The position numbers were made by a program, and so were the translations under genes. A DNA stretch of 63,992 nt, filler included, from Reticulomyxa filosa (taxonomy: Eukaryota; Protista; Foraminifera), in assembly GCA_000512085.1 (NCBI GenBank). It is 13 parts of 13 records of this genome, joined end to end, with 100 filler letters (N's around TTAATTAATTAA, not from the genome) between each part and the next. Parts side by side here need not be neighbours in the genome. Positions count along the whole stretch, not along the records: positions 12,284 to 19,230 come from ASPP01003726.1; positions 19,331 to 23,144 come from ASPP01011929.1; positions 23,245 to 34,135 come from ASPP01005434.1; 10 more parts are not named here. One strand, given 5' to 3'. Position 1 is the stretch's first letter. Each line of letters starts with the position of its first letter. Below the pieces are notes generated by a model. The model was given only the letters and a program-made list of their open reading frames with translations. It was not told the origin of the DNA and made no database searches. Of this stretch, positions 12,284 through 23,879 are shown piece after piece.

Positions 12284-13486
12284 TGATTTTGATTTTGATT
12301 TTGATTTTGATTTTCTAAATTAATTTGAATACTTGCCTTGTGTTGTTTAAGTTCATTATCATGTGCGTCAATTTTGAATTGATATTGCTTAAGCTGCTCT
12401 GCTTGTTTTTTGAGCTCAATATTATGCAGGCCATTCTCTGTTTTCAATTGTTGGATGTTATTTGTCAATTCAAGTTTCAAATTATCCATTTGTTTCTATC
12501 ATTATTTTTGCATACTTTGGATTTATAATTTAAGTATCAGAGTTATATGCTGGAAAAATCACAACATATAATTTAAACATAACGTTTACATTGAATTGTT
12601 TAATTTGTTCCTCGTTAGTACGTTTTACAAATTCTTCCAATTTAATTTGATATTGTGCAAGGTGTTCAATTTGCTGTTTTTTGAATTGAGTCATTTCGTT
12701 TTTCAGTTGCTGGATATCACTCGTTAATGCAATTATTTGTTGCTCTTTTTTTAATGCTTCATGTTTTAAATAATCTATTTGTTTCTATTTGTCAAAACAA
12801 TTCAATATAGCGTATATATGTATACCCAAAAAAAAAAATAAAAAAAATAAAAAAAATAATGAATGTACTCTTAGAGATTTTGACAAAACATCTTGTAATT
12901 GTGCTTGCAATTCTTTCACCATATGCTGCAATTTCTCAATTTCTGAATTCATTGTCTCTAACTGGCTTTGTATTCTTGGCGAGTTCTGCTTAGTCGAAAT
13001 TAATTGACATGATTTATTCAAATGCTCTTTCATTTCTTTTATTTTACCTTTGTAATTACAATTATTTTTTAATTCACAGTTTGTCCCATTTTCATTTTCT
13101 CTTCCTTCATTGGATTGTACGTGTCCCAAATCATATTCCCGAGGACAAATTACTATTAACTCTGAAATTTGTTGTCTTGCAACTTTATTTTTCGAAAATT
13201 TGCAATGGTCATGCTGCCCAACTGGACATTTTTCATTATTTAACTTCAAGTATTTTTGTAGACATTCTTCACCAACCAAATATGCTTGGTCTGCATTTTC
13301 ATGTTCGTTGCAATGCAGCTCCATTGCATTATTAGCGATTTGATCGCAGAGGCAGCAAATTAACGTGTTTAATTTTTGTGGTTTATTGGTCAATGAAACC
13401 CACTCTTTACTGAAACAACTAGAAACAGAAAACACTTCTTTTTTACTATTTGTCTTTATTTCTTCTTCCATACCAATTAGTATCAT
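12284..13486 (-). CDS. TRAF-like degenerate RING + Zn-finger + coiled-coil protein (3' truncated at linker)
   Basis: CFSKEWV...LICCLCDQIANNAMELHC.EH...VGEECL...CPVGQHDHC...ELIVICPR...CNYKGKIKEMKEHLNKSC, then heptad-rich exons; paralog of the genes at 42458 and 62591. Confidence 0.8.
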
Positions 13487-14600
13487 TTTTATATCGTCCC
13501 AGCGCCAAAGTTTTTCCTCAAAAAAAAAAAGTCTCGCAAAAAATTTTTTGGAGTAACAAGAGTTTTTTTTTACGTTGTTTGTTGTTATGAGAAAAGAAAT
13601 TAATTACTTAGTATGTGATTAGAATCTTTTTAAGATTGACATTAGTGATCGTGTAAGGAATAAAGTAAGTCATTTGTTTGTTATGGAGCATCGTGTTTTC
13701 GTGTAGTACTTGCAATTTTATCGTGGTATATTTTTCTACATTTTATATTAACTTTGAAGATAATTCTCAATACAATAAATTGACCATCACTGAAAGGTAT
13801 ACTTTTCATTAAAGAAACTTCTTCGTGTGTCAATTCTTTCCCAAATTTTATATTCAAAAGTTTCTGGACGTTTGAAAATTTGAAGTTTTGTATTGAAATG
13901 AAATTATATCAAACTACAAAAGAAAAAGTTTTGAAAATGTAACTGAATAATCCATAGCAACGTTAGTTTTTTGCTTTATAAAATTTCTTGTTGCAATTTA
14001 TTTCATTTTTATTTTTATAAACTTACTTTAGTTGATCCTTTGGCTCTAGCTCAAAATATATCTTATTTGAAGTGAATTTCGCAAACTAAAAAAATCAAAA
14101 GTGAATTTGCACCAATGTATAAAAATATTTAAATTGACTTTTTTAAGTGTGCTATCGTTTGGAAATCATTATTAAAACTTTTCATCCCCAAGGAGATAAT
14201 GCAATTGTTCTACTATCTGGCGGAATATCAATACGTTCTATCAAATTGAATGTCCTAATTTTTTTGTCGTCAAGGACATTTTATGAGTAAGTTCTTTTGT
14301 CTTCCGAAAGACGTTTGTCTGGTGAAATTTTGTCGCAAATGCAGTAAAGTGTCTCTTGAATATTTGAGTTTGTTATTCTAAGGTGGCTGATTGATAAACT
14401 GAAACTAGAGTATACAAACTTTTACTGTTACAGGTTTCAGAAGCTGAAACAAGTTCAGTATCTGCAAGCCAAAATCTCGTTTTCTAACATATCAATTATG
14501 TACCGTTCAATACAACAACAAACGTAAATCTATTTTTGATTTATTGGCAATTGAAGTTTGTTGAACATGTCCAATTGTACTATATCATAAATTACAAAAT

Positions 14601-16491
14601 ATGTTAGGATTTGTAAAAGTGTTTCAAGGTGTCAAAAAAAAAAAAAAAGAAAAAACTTGTCATGGAAAAAAAAATATTGTACTTTGCGATAAGTTAGAAA
14701 ATTTGCCAGATTCGCCCAAGGAATCAAAAAATGATGATGATGCCAAAGATTTTTTGAAATGGCTGGAGTCTGTGTTACAGACTGAAGCCAAAAACGCCGA
14801 AAAAGATGAATCCAAAGAGCAGATAAAACTCTTTTATGAAATGAGATGTCCATTGGTATTATTGACTGGATCAATGATATACGAGGATTATTTAGAAGAA
14901 GCTAAATACGATTTGGAATTGTTGCAAAAACTGTTTCAATCGAAATTGGGCTATCACGTGTTTACCACGTACGATCCATCGAATATGGAGACGGAATGTG
15001 TTACTATGAGCGAATTGGAAAGTTTGATAATAGAGCGATGTGCAAAGTTAAAGTATGAAGTAAGCAATAATGGCAATTCTTATGATGGATTGATCTTTGT
15101 GTGGTGTGGGTATGGAAAGTGTGATGAGCATGATGATGCATTTCTGACGAGTGATGACGAACGGAAGGAATTGGCAGAAGTGTATCATAGCATTGTGATC
15201 AAAACGGATTATTTTGTGGGAAAGCCAAAGCTATTGATTAAAATAACATGGAGACCCAAAAGAGAGAATGAAAGATATAAAATCAACAAAGAGAGCGTAC
15301 GTGAGAATTATAATAAGAAATATAATTTGTTTACGATTTCAGCAGATATATTAGAAAAGACAACGAATGACAAATCGGCAAGTCATTTCACAAGATTGTT
15401 ATGTGAAGAGATTGAGCATAATGAAAACAAGAGTTTGGGATCAGTGATCAAAAATGTAATGGAACAAACATCAGCAAAAGAAACAGCACGAACCATCACA
15501 CATTTTCAATCTGATATCTATTTGATTCCGAGACATGTGATGTGTAACACAGATTATATTAAATATGAGCAATCCACCATCTTTAAGAAAAATATCCCAG
15601 AGATATTGTATATTAAGGACGAGTATAACTTGATGGAAGAGTATCGGATTTATGCAAATGTACAAGCAGCGGAATGTGTTGAGGAAATATTGCATCAAAA
15701 TGAAAGCGCGCTGATTATTGTTGCTCACAATCTGCCCTACGTGCACACGTACAAATAACAATTCTTCCATGTGTTCATCACCATTTTCTTTTTTCACATT
15801 GGCTAATAAAGTTATAAAGTTATTCCCTTACAACCATTGGCCTGTGTATTTGATACCAAGCAAATTAATAATATTACATGATATAAATATTGATGGAAAT
15901 GTTTATGCTATCAATTGTGAATTACAATGCAAAGAAAATGTCAATATCACAGCTCAATTGTTTGTCACAAAAAATACCATTGTTGATCAACAGGTAAAAC
16001 TAAACATCTCACCTATTCAATGGGATACCAATATACATCATATGCTTCCATTCCAGTTTATAAATATCAAACAGGGAATTACCACTCAGTTTTCAATACA
16101 CTCTTTCGACAAATATATACCTCTTTATCAGAAATATTTACAGTTTGTGGTAGATATCCTTGGATTTGATCATACATTTGTTGCCTTGGAGTATTTGTTT
16201 ATCGCACGTATTTATCTATACCATGGATTGATTATCACGGCATTAACCTACGCTAAACGTGCATTGCAAATAAGAATAAAACTGTTTGGAACTATGAATG
16301 ATGATGTCGCAGCATGTTATTGGGTGCTGGGGAGGATATACAATCAACTTAATAGCGATGTACCCTCTTGCGATGAAAACCACTACAATGAAAACTACTG
16401 CAAGGAAACTGCGTGGAAGATCAAAAGTACGTTATTTGGTGAATGGTCTGAAGAAGCATGTTTAACCAAAAAATTGCAAAAACATTCTTAG
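14601..16491 (+). CDS. Catalytically dead caspase-like domain + C-terminal TPR protein (one frameshift at about 15720-15755)
   Basis: PLVLLTGSMIY..AKYDLELLQKLFQSKLGYHVF...YDGLIFVWCGYG...GKPKLLIKITWR (His to Tyr, Cys to Trp); p10-like SHFTRLLCEEI; KLC-type TPRs (ALTYAKRALQIRIKLFG.MNDDVAACYWVLGRIY). Confidence 0.7.
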
Positions 16492-16868
16492 AAAGTAAAA
16501 TATTTTTACTTGTAGAATTTGATATTTTTGATGATTTTTTTTTAAAAAAGACAAACTACATTACTCATAAGAAAGGGGATAATAAAACGGGCTGTTTGAA
16601 TGTACAAAAAGAATATTTCCCGTTAACAATCCGTGCAAAAAAAACATACCCTTTTTTAAAGATTACGTGTTCACACCAAAGCAAATTTTAGAGCTTTGAC
16701 AATATCAACCAAAGAAAAAAATGTAAAACAAAAACATTCAATCAGATTAGTTTATAAACTGTAACGTTGCTTTTTTATTTTTTTGAGACACAATCCCCTT
16801 GCAAATATTACCAAACAGGCTGCTGATAATCTTTCTACTTTGGATACATTAAAATTTAAAACAAAAAG

Positions 16869-19212
16869 ATGGAAAAAAGGAAAGAAACAATGTGGCGACT
16901 TGGACTGGGTAAAATAAAATCAAGCAGTGCTCTGTAGGTTGGACTAGATGTTCTATTTTGTGGTTTGTTTACGTTGTTTGTGTGTTTTGACTGTGGAATG
17001 ACCCTTCCAAAAAAACAAAAAGGTGCCCAAATGGCGTTGTTAGGTGGGACAAGTGCGTATTTAGGTTGGAATGCCTTGAGCACCTACATGTGGAACCAGC
17101 AGCGCTACGAGCGATTTTGCGATTCGTTGACCTTTATAAGAGAAAATGTTAAAAAAAAAAAAGCATGGACTACAACAAGAGAGAGAGAAGGGGAGGGATA
17201 ATAAAAAAAATTATGTTCAAAACCAACCCCTTTTTTTTTTAAAAAAAAAAAAAAAAGATACGATGTGTGGAGAAATGTTCGCCAACGAATGAGGGCAAAT
17301 TGGTACATTTGACTGGGAACATTGTGCCATTGGACAGTGTGCGCGACGAAGTGTTTGAGTTTGAGATGCCGCAGTACAGTACGAAAGGAATGAAGAAAAA
17401 GATATCGAAAGCAATTGCGACACCGAAACGCATAGCAATCGAGGACCCGGAACATGGCGTGATCTACTTGTACAGAGAGGTGCAAATGTATCAACTGAAA
17501 GAGACTTTGAAGTCGCACATTAGTCAGAGGATCGGCGTCAAAGCAAACCGCCAGGAGACATCCATCGACGCCAGCAATTACCAATACGAGCCCATTTGGA
17601 GCGCTCGCTACATCAACTCGGCCCACTTCCACCAACCTGAAGCCCATCAAAACCCGACCGATATGCCCTTGTCCACCGTCTATCACACTAATCGTTTCCA
17701 AATCTGTGGTTTTACCTTTCATTTAGGTTACATTTTTTTTTTTTTTTTTTTTTTAAGTAGCTTATTATTTGTCACTCAAAAAAAAAAAAGGGGAGGGGAG
17801 AGAGGAGATGATCCTACAAATACATCATTTTTTATACGTTTTTTTTTTTTTTAATTTACCTGCCCCCCCCCCCTTCCTGGGTGCAAATAACTTTCGGAAA
17901 TTTCCAAAAAAAAAAAAAATTGTAATAATAATAATAACAATCAGGACCCAAAGACAAGGATGAAGCACACGACGTAAGCCCTCTCTCGAAGGACTCAGTG
18001 GACGTGGAACACAGTTGGTCGCACCGAAGCACGGAAATTGTGAATGGACGAACACGGATGGTGTTTGACAATAGCGCGTTTGAACTCAAAGAGGAAAACG
18101 AAGAAGAAGAAGAAGAAGAAGAGGAGGAAGAAGAAGAGGAGGAGAAGCGGCAGATAGATGGCTCTAACGAAAACAATATAGCTGTGATTGATGGCAATAC
18201 GAATGAAGTGAAAAGCGAAGAAAAAGCGCTGACGATCAAGCAAGACGAGCACGTGCAAGATAGCAACATGACGAAGATTGAAAGGAGATCATCAGTACGC
18301 AAAAATGTGAAAAAGAATTGGCGCGAGTCGTTGACAGTGCCGAATCACGATATGGGCATCCTCGAAAAAAAGTATGCACAGAAGTATGTACCGACACAAG
18401 TGGTTTGGCGAAAAGACAAAGACTCGTCGGTATCTGGCATTTTCAACAGCCACGATCAGTGGTTCTATTTCCCCATTGCCTCGCCTTCACGCGCACCGCA
18501 ACCCATCTCTCCAAAACAGCTCGCCGCCAAGCCACTCATCGGCGACATTCGAGTCCGCTTTTGGGTCGTCACTACGCCTATCAATATGACCATTGTCGGC
18601 AAGCAAAGTGGTGACACCATTGGTCGATATCACTTTCCACAGAAGGATTCACTTACCATTCATCTCTCTTCTTCTTCTTCTTCGTCTCCGCCTTCTCCGA
18701 CTGCAGCTGCGATACCTGGCACTAATGCCCGTGCGAGTGCACATGGCTCAGGATTGGCTCTCGCAGACAGTGACTTTTGGAGCAGCACCAAAGTTGGGCG
18801 GACGGGCATCTTGTTGCGACTGCTAGGAAAACGCTCGCCCACAGAAGCATTGACACGGATTCACAAGTTGGAGTACTTTAATCAAACGACGGGCGTCATT
18901 TGGATTGGCGCTTGGGCGAGCTTTGCTTGCGGCTTGTTTGCTTTGAACTTGGGACAAAAGATGATCCATGAGTCCTATCCAGATCAACACAACGAGGGCC
19001 ACAGCGACGATCGCTCGTTGTCGTGGATGACAGGTGGCGAAATACTAGTCAAAAGCGGACAATGGAGCTCTGCCATTTGCGTCTCCTTGTATGCTTTTGG
19101 CTTTGGTCTTCCCACTATCAAATACTTACACAAGCGAAGGCCTTGGCTTGTCATCTCTGCTGGCTTGTCTTCGTTGGGTTTGGGAACTTTGTTGTATCGT
19201 TATTATCGTTAA
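16869..19212 (+). CDS. TMEM43: TMEM43 (LUMA) family membrane protein with poly-Glu insertion
   Basis: EGKLVHLTG, LYREVQMYQLKE, YEPIWSARYINSAHF..HQNP, PLIGDIRVRF, TIVGKQSG, then C-terminal TM helices. 5' exon boundaries approximate. Confidence 0.75.
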
Positions 19213-19230
19213 TTTTTTTTTTTTTTTTTT

Positions 19231-19330
19231 NNNNNNNNNNNNNNNNNNNNNNNNNNNNNNNNNNNNNNNNNNNNTTAATTAATTAANNNNNNNNNNNNNN
19301 NNNNNNNNNNNNNNNNNNNNNNNNNNNNNN
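19231..19330. other. Artificial contig linker
   Basis: N44-TTAATTAATTAA-N44. Confidence 0.99.
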
Positions 19331-19725
19331 ATCATTATCATTATCATCACCGCCGTTATCGTGACGGGGTTTGGAAAGGGTCTTGGATTTGTACGTGTGC
19401 ACGTCGATTGGAAAGGGGGTATACGAGTTGGTATAGTCCTGCGGAATGAAACCACCAGGGAACATTTGACTGGTGATAAACTCTTGCAACACGGCGCTGT
19501 ATTCTTCCGAGGTTTTGATAACATGTAAAAAAAAAATTTCGCATAAATCTTTGATATATTTTTCAATATCGCCACTCAAGACGATTTCTCGAATAAGCGT
19601 TTTCATCTGTTTGGATTTGTACTGCAGCAAAAGTCGCATGGCTTCGTCGACAAAGCCCAGTCGCATCAAATGCATCATCAGCTGCTTCCGTCGCACCTCC
19701 ACCGACCCGACGCTGGCTGCGTTGC

Positions 19726-19756
<31 letters not shown>

Positions 19757-20872
19757 TGTTGTTGTTGTTGTTGTTGTCGTTGTTGTCGTCGTCGAGGTGG
19801 TATCTTTCTCGCCCACGCGGCCGGGACTGCTCACCAACTGCGACGCAGCGACGAACTTGTGGCGGTAATGGGCTGTAAATGCCTTCAATTGATCGACGAG
19901 CAATGTACGCACAATGTGTCGTTGGCGAAACACATAGCTGTATGCTTGTCTCTTTTTGTTTACGTCGAATTGGAACGAGGACAATTTATGAAAGGCGCGA
20001 ATGATCAGGTCGATCGCTTCGTTGACTTGTCGATTGTGGATGTATTGCGATATCTGCTCACTCCACAGATGCAACGCCTCTGCTGCGCGTCGCTCTTCGT
20101 CTTTCTTTTCATCCAAGTCGAGCAAGGATCCCATCGTCTCCTCGTCGTCGTTTGGCATCCCCGTCATGTTCGGAGAGTTGTTCCATGTCGGTGCTATGTT
20201 ACCTTTGCTCTCTTTTTTGCTTGCTATTTCACTCGGCCGTTTTTCAGTTTTTACCGTTGTCGCATTAGTGTTATTTCCATGGGTCCCATTGATATTATTA
20301 TTTATATTATTATTATTATTATTATTATTGTTATCGCTACTGATAGTTAGACCTTGGCCGTGGACCGTTTGTGATTGTGAATAAATGTGTCCGTGTCCAT
20401 GTCCGTGTCCATGTCCTTGTGGATGTGACAATAAACGGAATTTCGTGTCTTGCAGGTTTTTCATAGACTCTTGTAACTGGTTTAGTGTGTTGCTTATTTC
20501 CGACATTTGGTTCTCCACGTTCACCACTTGTCTTGTCATGTCTATGAACTGCACGTAGTTGTTACCCACTTTTTTTGACAAGTCTTTCGATGTCTCGCTC
20601 TTACGGTCTTGCAAGTCTTTTAACAGATCGACTGCTTCATTAGGCTCTATTTGATGGCATGCATTCGCCGTGTACGTAGACAGTTTGAAGGATTCCCCGA
20701 ATGTTCGGATGATCGCTGTTAAATCATCGCTTCTGCCGTTGTTCACTTTAAATGCCAAGACTTGATAGCTCTTTTCATTCAACACTTGTGCATAACGTGC
20801 TAGATTCAACGTCCTTCGGGCCTTATGTCCATCTATTCGTCTCCTATCTTGTCCGAAGTCGCTGAAATTCAT
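19331..20872 (-). CDS. EXO84: Exocyst subunit Exo84 (3' truncated)
   Basis: N-terminal Vps51-like coiled coil (DLSKKVGNNYVQFIDMTRQVVNVENQM) and Exo84 C-terminal motif LMRLGFVDEAMRLLLQYKS..MKTLIREIVLSGDIEKYIKDLCEIFF; GH, poly-N and poly-T inserts. Confidence 0.75.
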
Positions 20873-21297
20873 TTGTTGTCTTTTTTTTTTCCTTCTGTGT
20901 ATTTTCGTCCCTTTTGAACCTTTTCCACTGTTTTATACTGTTATCGTCACAACACACAGAAACTCGGCTTGGGGTATTTTAAATTGTTTTGACTTTTAAA
21001 ATGTATGCTACTCCGTGTAAAGAAACAGTCATATGTTTATGGTGATTCATCTCTTTCAAAGCAAGTAAAATATTGCAAGCATTTGTGTCGGATCTTAGGG
21101 AAATTGAAACGTTACAAATTGTGTATTCCACTTAAATATTCACAATAAAATGAAAGTTTGATTAACACCTTTCAGGCTTGGCATTTGCACCGCCAATATG
21201 AGCATTTCCAAAGTTTGTGAAACAGACAAAAAAAGTAAATAAATGTAAATTTTTGATTGGAAATAAAAACAAACCAGAAAAAATTCACATTGGACTG

Positions 21298-23101
21298 TCA
21301 CAACAATATTTTTTCATCTTGGTTCGAATAAAATATAGCATAAATTTTTTTTGACAGTGCTTTCCCTAATTTCTTTTGGCCTTTGCTTTTTCGTTTCAGT
21401 TCCTTTGAAAGCATCCCAGAACAAACATACTTGTTGAGCATCAAGACGAGAGAAGATACGAGAAAATAGAAATTGGTCTCAACTGCTAATAGACATTCCC
21501 CATCTGCACGCGACAATTGTTTATAGCAATCCATCAATTGTCGGCAGCTCGAGTATTTTTCCATAATACATAGAGCAGCCTCTTCTGACACTTGAGGTAT
21601 ACTTACCAACATGGTATGCCAACATTTCTTGTTTTCGTCACTATTTAGCCCTTGTTGAGCTGACTTTACTCCTATTTTCAGGGTTTCCAAATAGATATTT
21701 TTCACATTGAAACGAGCTTCTGCAAAGCTACGTGTATATCGCACTATCCTTTCGATGGTTTCTTCAATTTGTGTTGTCTATTGGTATTGCGCCGATGATT
21801 AAAATACCTTATTAATACATCAATTTGACACAAAAAAGTGCTTAACGAATTCAAACGTGATTTGCACATCGTGGCAGCATTGAAAATAACTCAACATCAC
21901 ATTTTCCAATTCTGTTTTATTCGCAAATGGAATAACTATATCTTCTTTTGACTTTATTTTGGAATAAAAAGCGAGTATTTCTTCGACGCCCTCGATGATC
22001 AAGTGAATTTTGTTTAGTTTTGGTGAAAACATGTTCATACAAGCCAAAAATGCGTTGAACTTGTCGTTGTTGCCTTCGAAATACGAGTGTATGTTTGTAC
22101 CATCGATCAATACGATTACATAATTCTCATAAAAATCGTCTGTGACATTATGTGAGATTATTTCAACACCAGCAAAACGGGAACACACATACAAACAAAA
22201 CAAAGAATGACCTAAATCATGGATGTAAGGGAGAAATAATTTGCCTAACCCTTCCCGCGTCAGTCCATTCAGATTCGCTTGCTCGTCACTCGTCAATTGT
22301 TTTCGCAACTGATCAAGATCGATATTTGGCAGATGCACTTTCCATTTCCAACGTATCCACTGATGAATGGGCATCGAAGACAAATGGTAGTCACAACGAA
22401 TTGGGTCTGTGTTTGGCTCTTGAGACCCACGCCAATCCAACTCATTCAATCGTTTCTCCAATTTTTCCTATATTTCACATTGCATTACTTTTATTTGATC
22501 AAATTGTCAAATCACATGCTTTACACTGAAAACATACTAATACATATAAACAACAAAAAGTTTGTTATGTTGCAAAAATATGTGATACGCATTCAAACTT
22601 TAAAGGTGACGTTGCATTCCATAATCTCGGCAGACAATTCCAAAGTAATACAATTCAATCGATACTTGCCTTGCAAATAAAAGTCCATAAATTTTTTAAA
22701 GCCTTTGGCCAATTTTTTCGCGAATTTTATCTTTTTTTGCACATTTTTTGTTCGTTTTGCATTTTTTCTGTATCATTGGCAGATGCACACAGCAGCTGCT
22801 CTTCTTCGATCCTTTTTTTGTTTCGTTCTCTCTTCTAATTCAACCTCTTTTCTCTTTTTTTTTTTTATTGTTTGTTTCAATGTTTACAATATTAACATTC
22901 AAACATAAATCTTTTTTTTTCTACAATTGGGGGCAGTGTGCATACCTTTCGTTTTCTACAATTATTGGTCAATTTGTGGCCATTTTCGATATTCTGGTCC
23001 ACATTTTTGCCAATCAGTTCAATTTTTTTGCGCTTTCGAGATTGGTCATTACTTAGACCATTTTCACTTGTGTGTTCTTGGGTCAAATCCAGCATTTCCA
23101 T
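21298..23101 (-). CDS. EME1: EME1/MMS4-like non-catalytic subunit of the MUS81 endonuclease (multi-exon, possibly 5' truncated)
   Basis: IRWKWK, inactive ERCC4-like LIIEGVE, WHTMLVSIPQVSEEAALCIMEKYSSCRQLMDCY and KKLGKALSKKIYAIFYS (HhH2). Confidence 0.8.
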
Positions 23102-23144
23102 AGTTTCTTTTTCTTTCTCATTTTTCTTCTGTATATTTTTTTTT

Positions 23145-23244
23145 NNNNNNNNNNNNNNNNNNNNNNNNNNNNNNNNNNNNNNNNNNNNTTAATTAATTAA
23201 NNNNNNNNNNNNNNNNNNNNNNNNNNNNNNNNNNNNNNNNNNNN
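23145..23244. other. Artificial contig linker
   Basis: N44-TTAATTAATTAA-N44. Confidence 0.99.
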
Positions 23245-23879
23245 TTTTGTCTGATCTATTTTTTTTTCTTTTTTGTCTTTTTTTTTTTTTCTTGTTAGAC
23301 ATTTTGATGTTTTGTTTTTGAATAGACCGCAAATTCGAAAAACGAATTGCAACAGAATTCAAACTAGTTTTTTTTTATTGTGGCAATATTTGTGTCAGCA
23401 TTTGTTTTTTTTACTATTATTTTCCAAATAAAATTTAAATTTTTTTTAAAGTGCAAAAAAATCGCTGCGAACTTTCGCTATTTCTAAATACAAAAATTTG
23501 ATCTTTATTTTCTTATTTAGTTTCGATAATGTTGTGCATATTTGTATTTTTTCTACTTGTAGTGCAAGATCTCCTATATAGGGAGGTAGTTCACGGATAG
23601 TACTAGTCTTGAAATTAAGTGATAAAAATAAAATAATCAGTTTTTGAAGTAAAATAATATAAATATTTTTGAAAGATGATGTGATTATGTGCACTTCTGA
23701 TGCCACATTACCATCAAAAAAATTCAATAACAAAAAATCGGAATAGATAAAACTAACAACACTAATAAAATACTCAAATAACTCTTTTCCCAGATAACTT
23801 GCATAATAACTAACATCTACTTGAAAAACTATTGACTAATGTCGTTACGATTAATGCAATGTGCATTGAATATAATATT

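Noticed and set aside
14270-14380. Minus-strand KYSRDTLLHLR resembling an eIF4E-binding YxxxxLL motif
   Set aside because: Short reading bounded by stops, with no start or clear exon context; probably chance or a decayed remnant.
19473-20384. Long + strand ORFs antisense to Exo84 (also 49822-50694 antisense to the FYVE-PDZ exon)
   Set aside because: Shadow ORFs produced by trinucleotide repeats and codon bias of the real gene.
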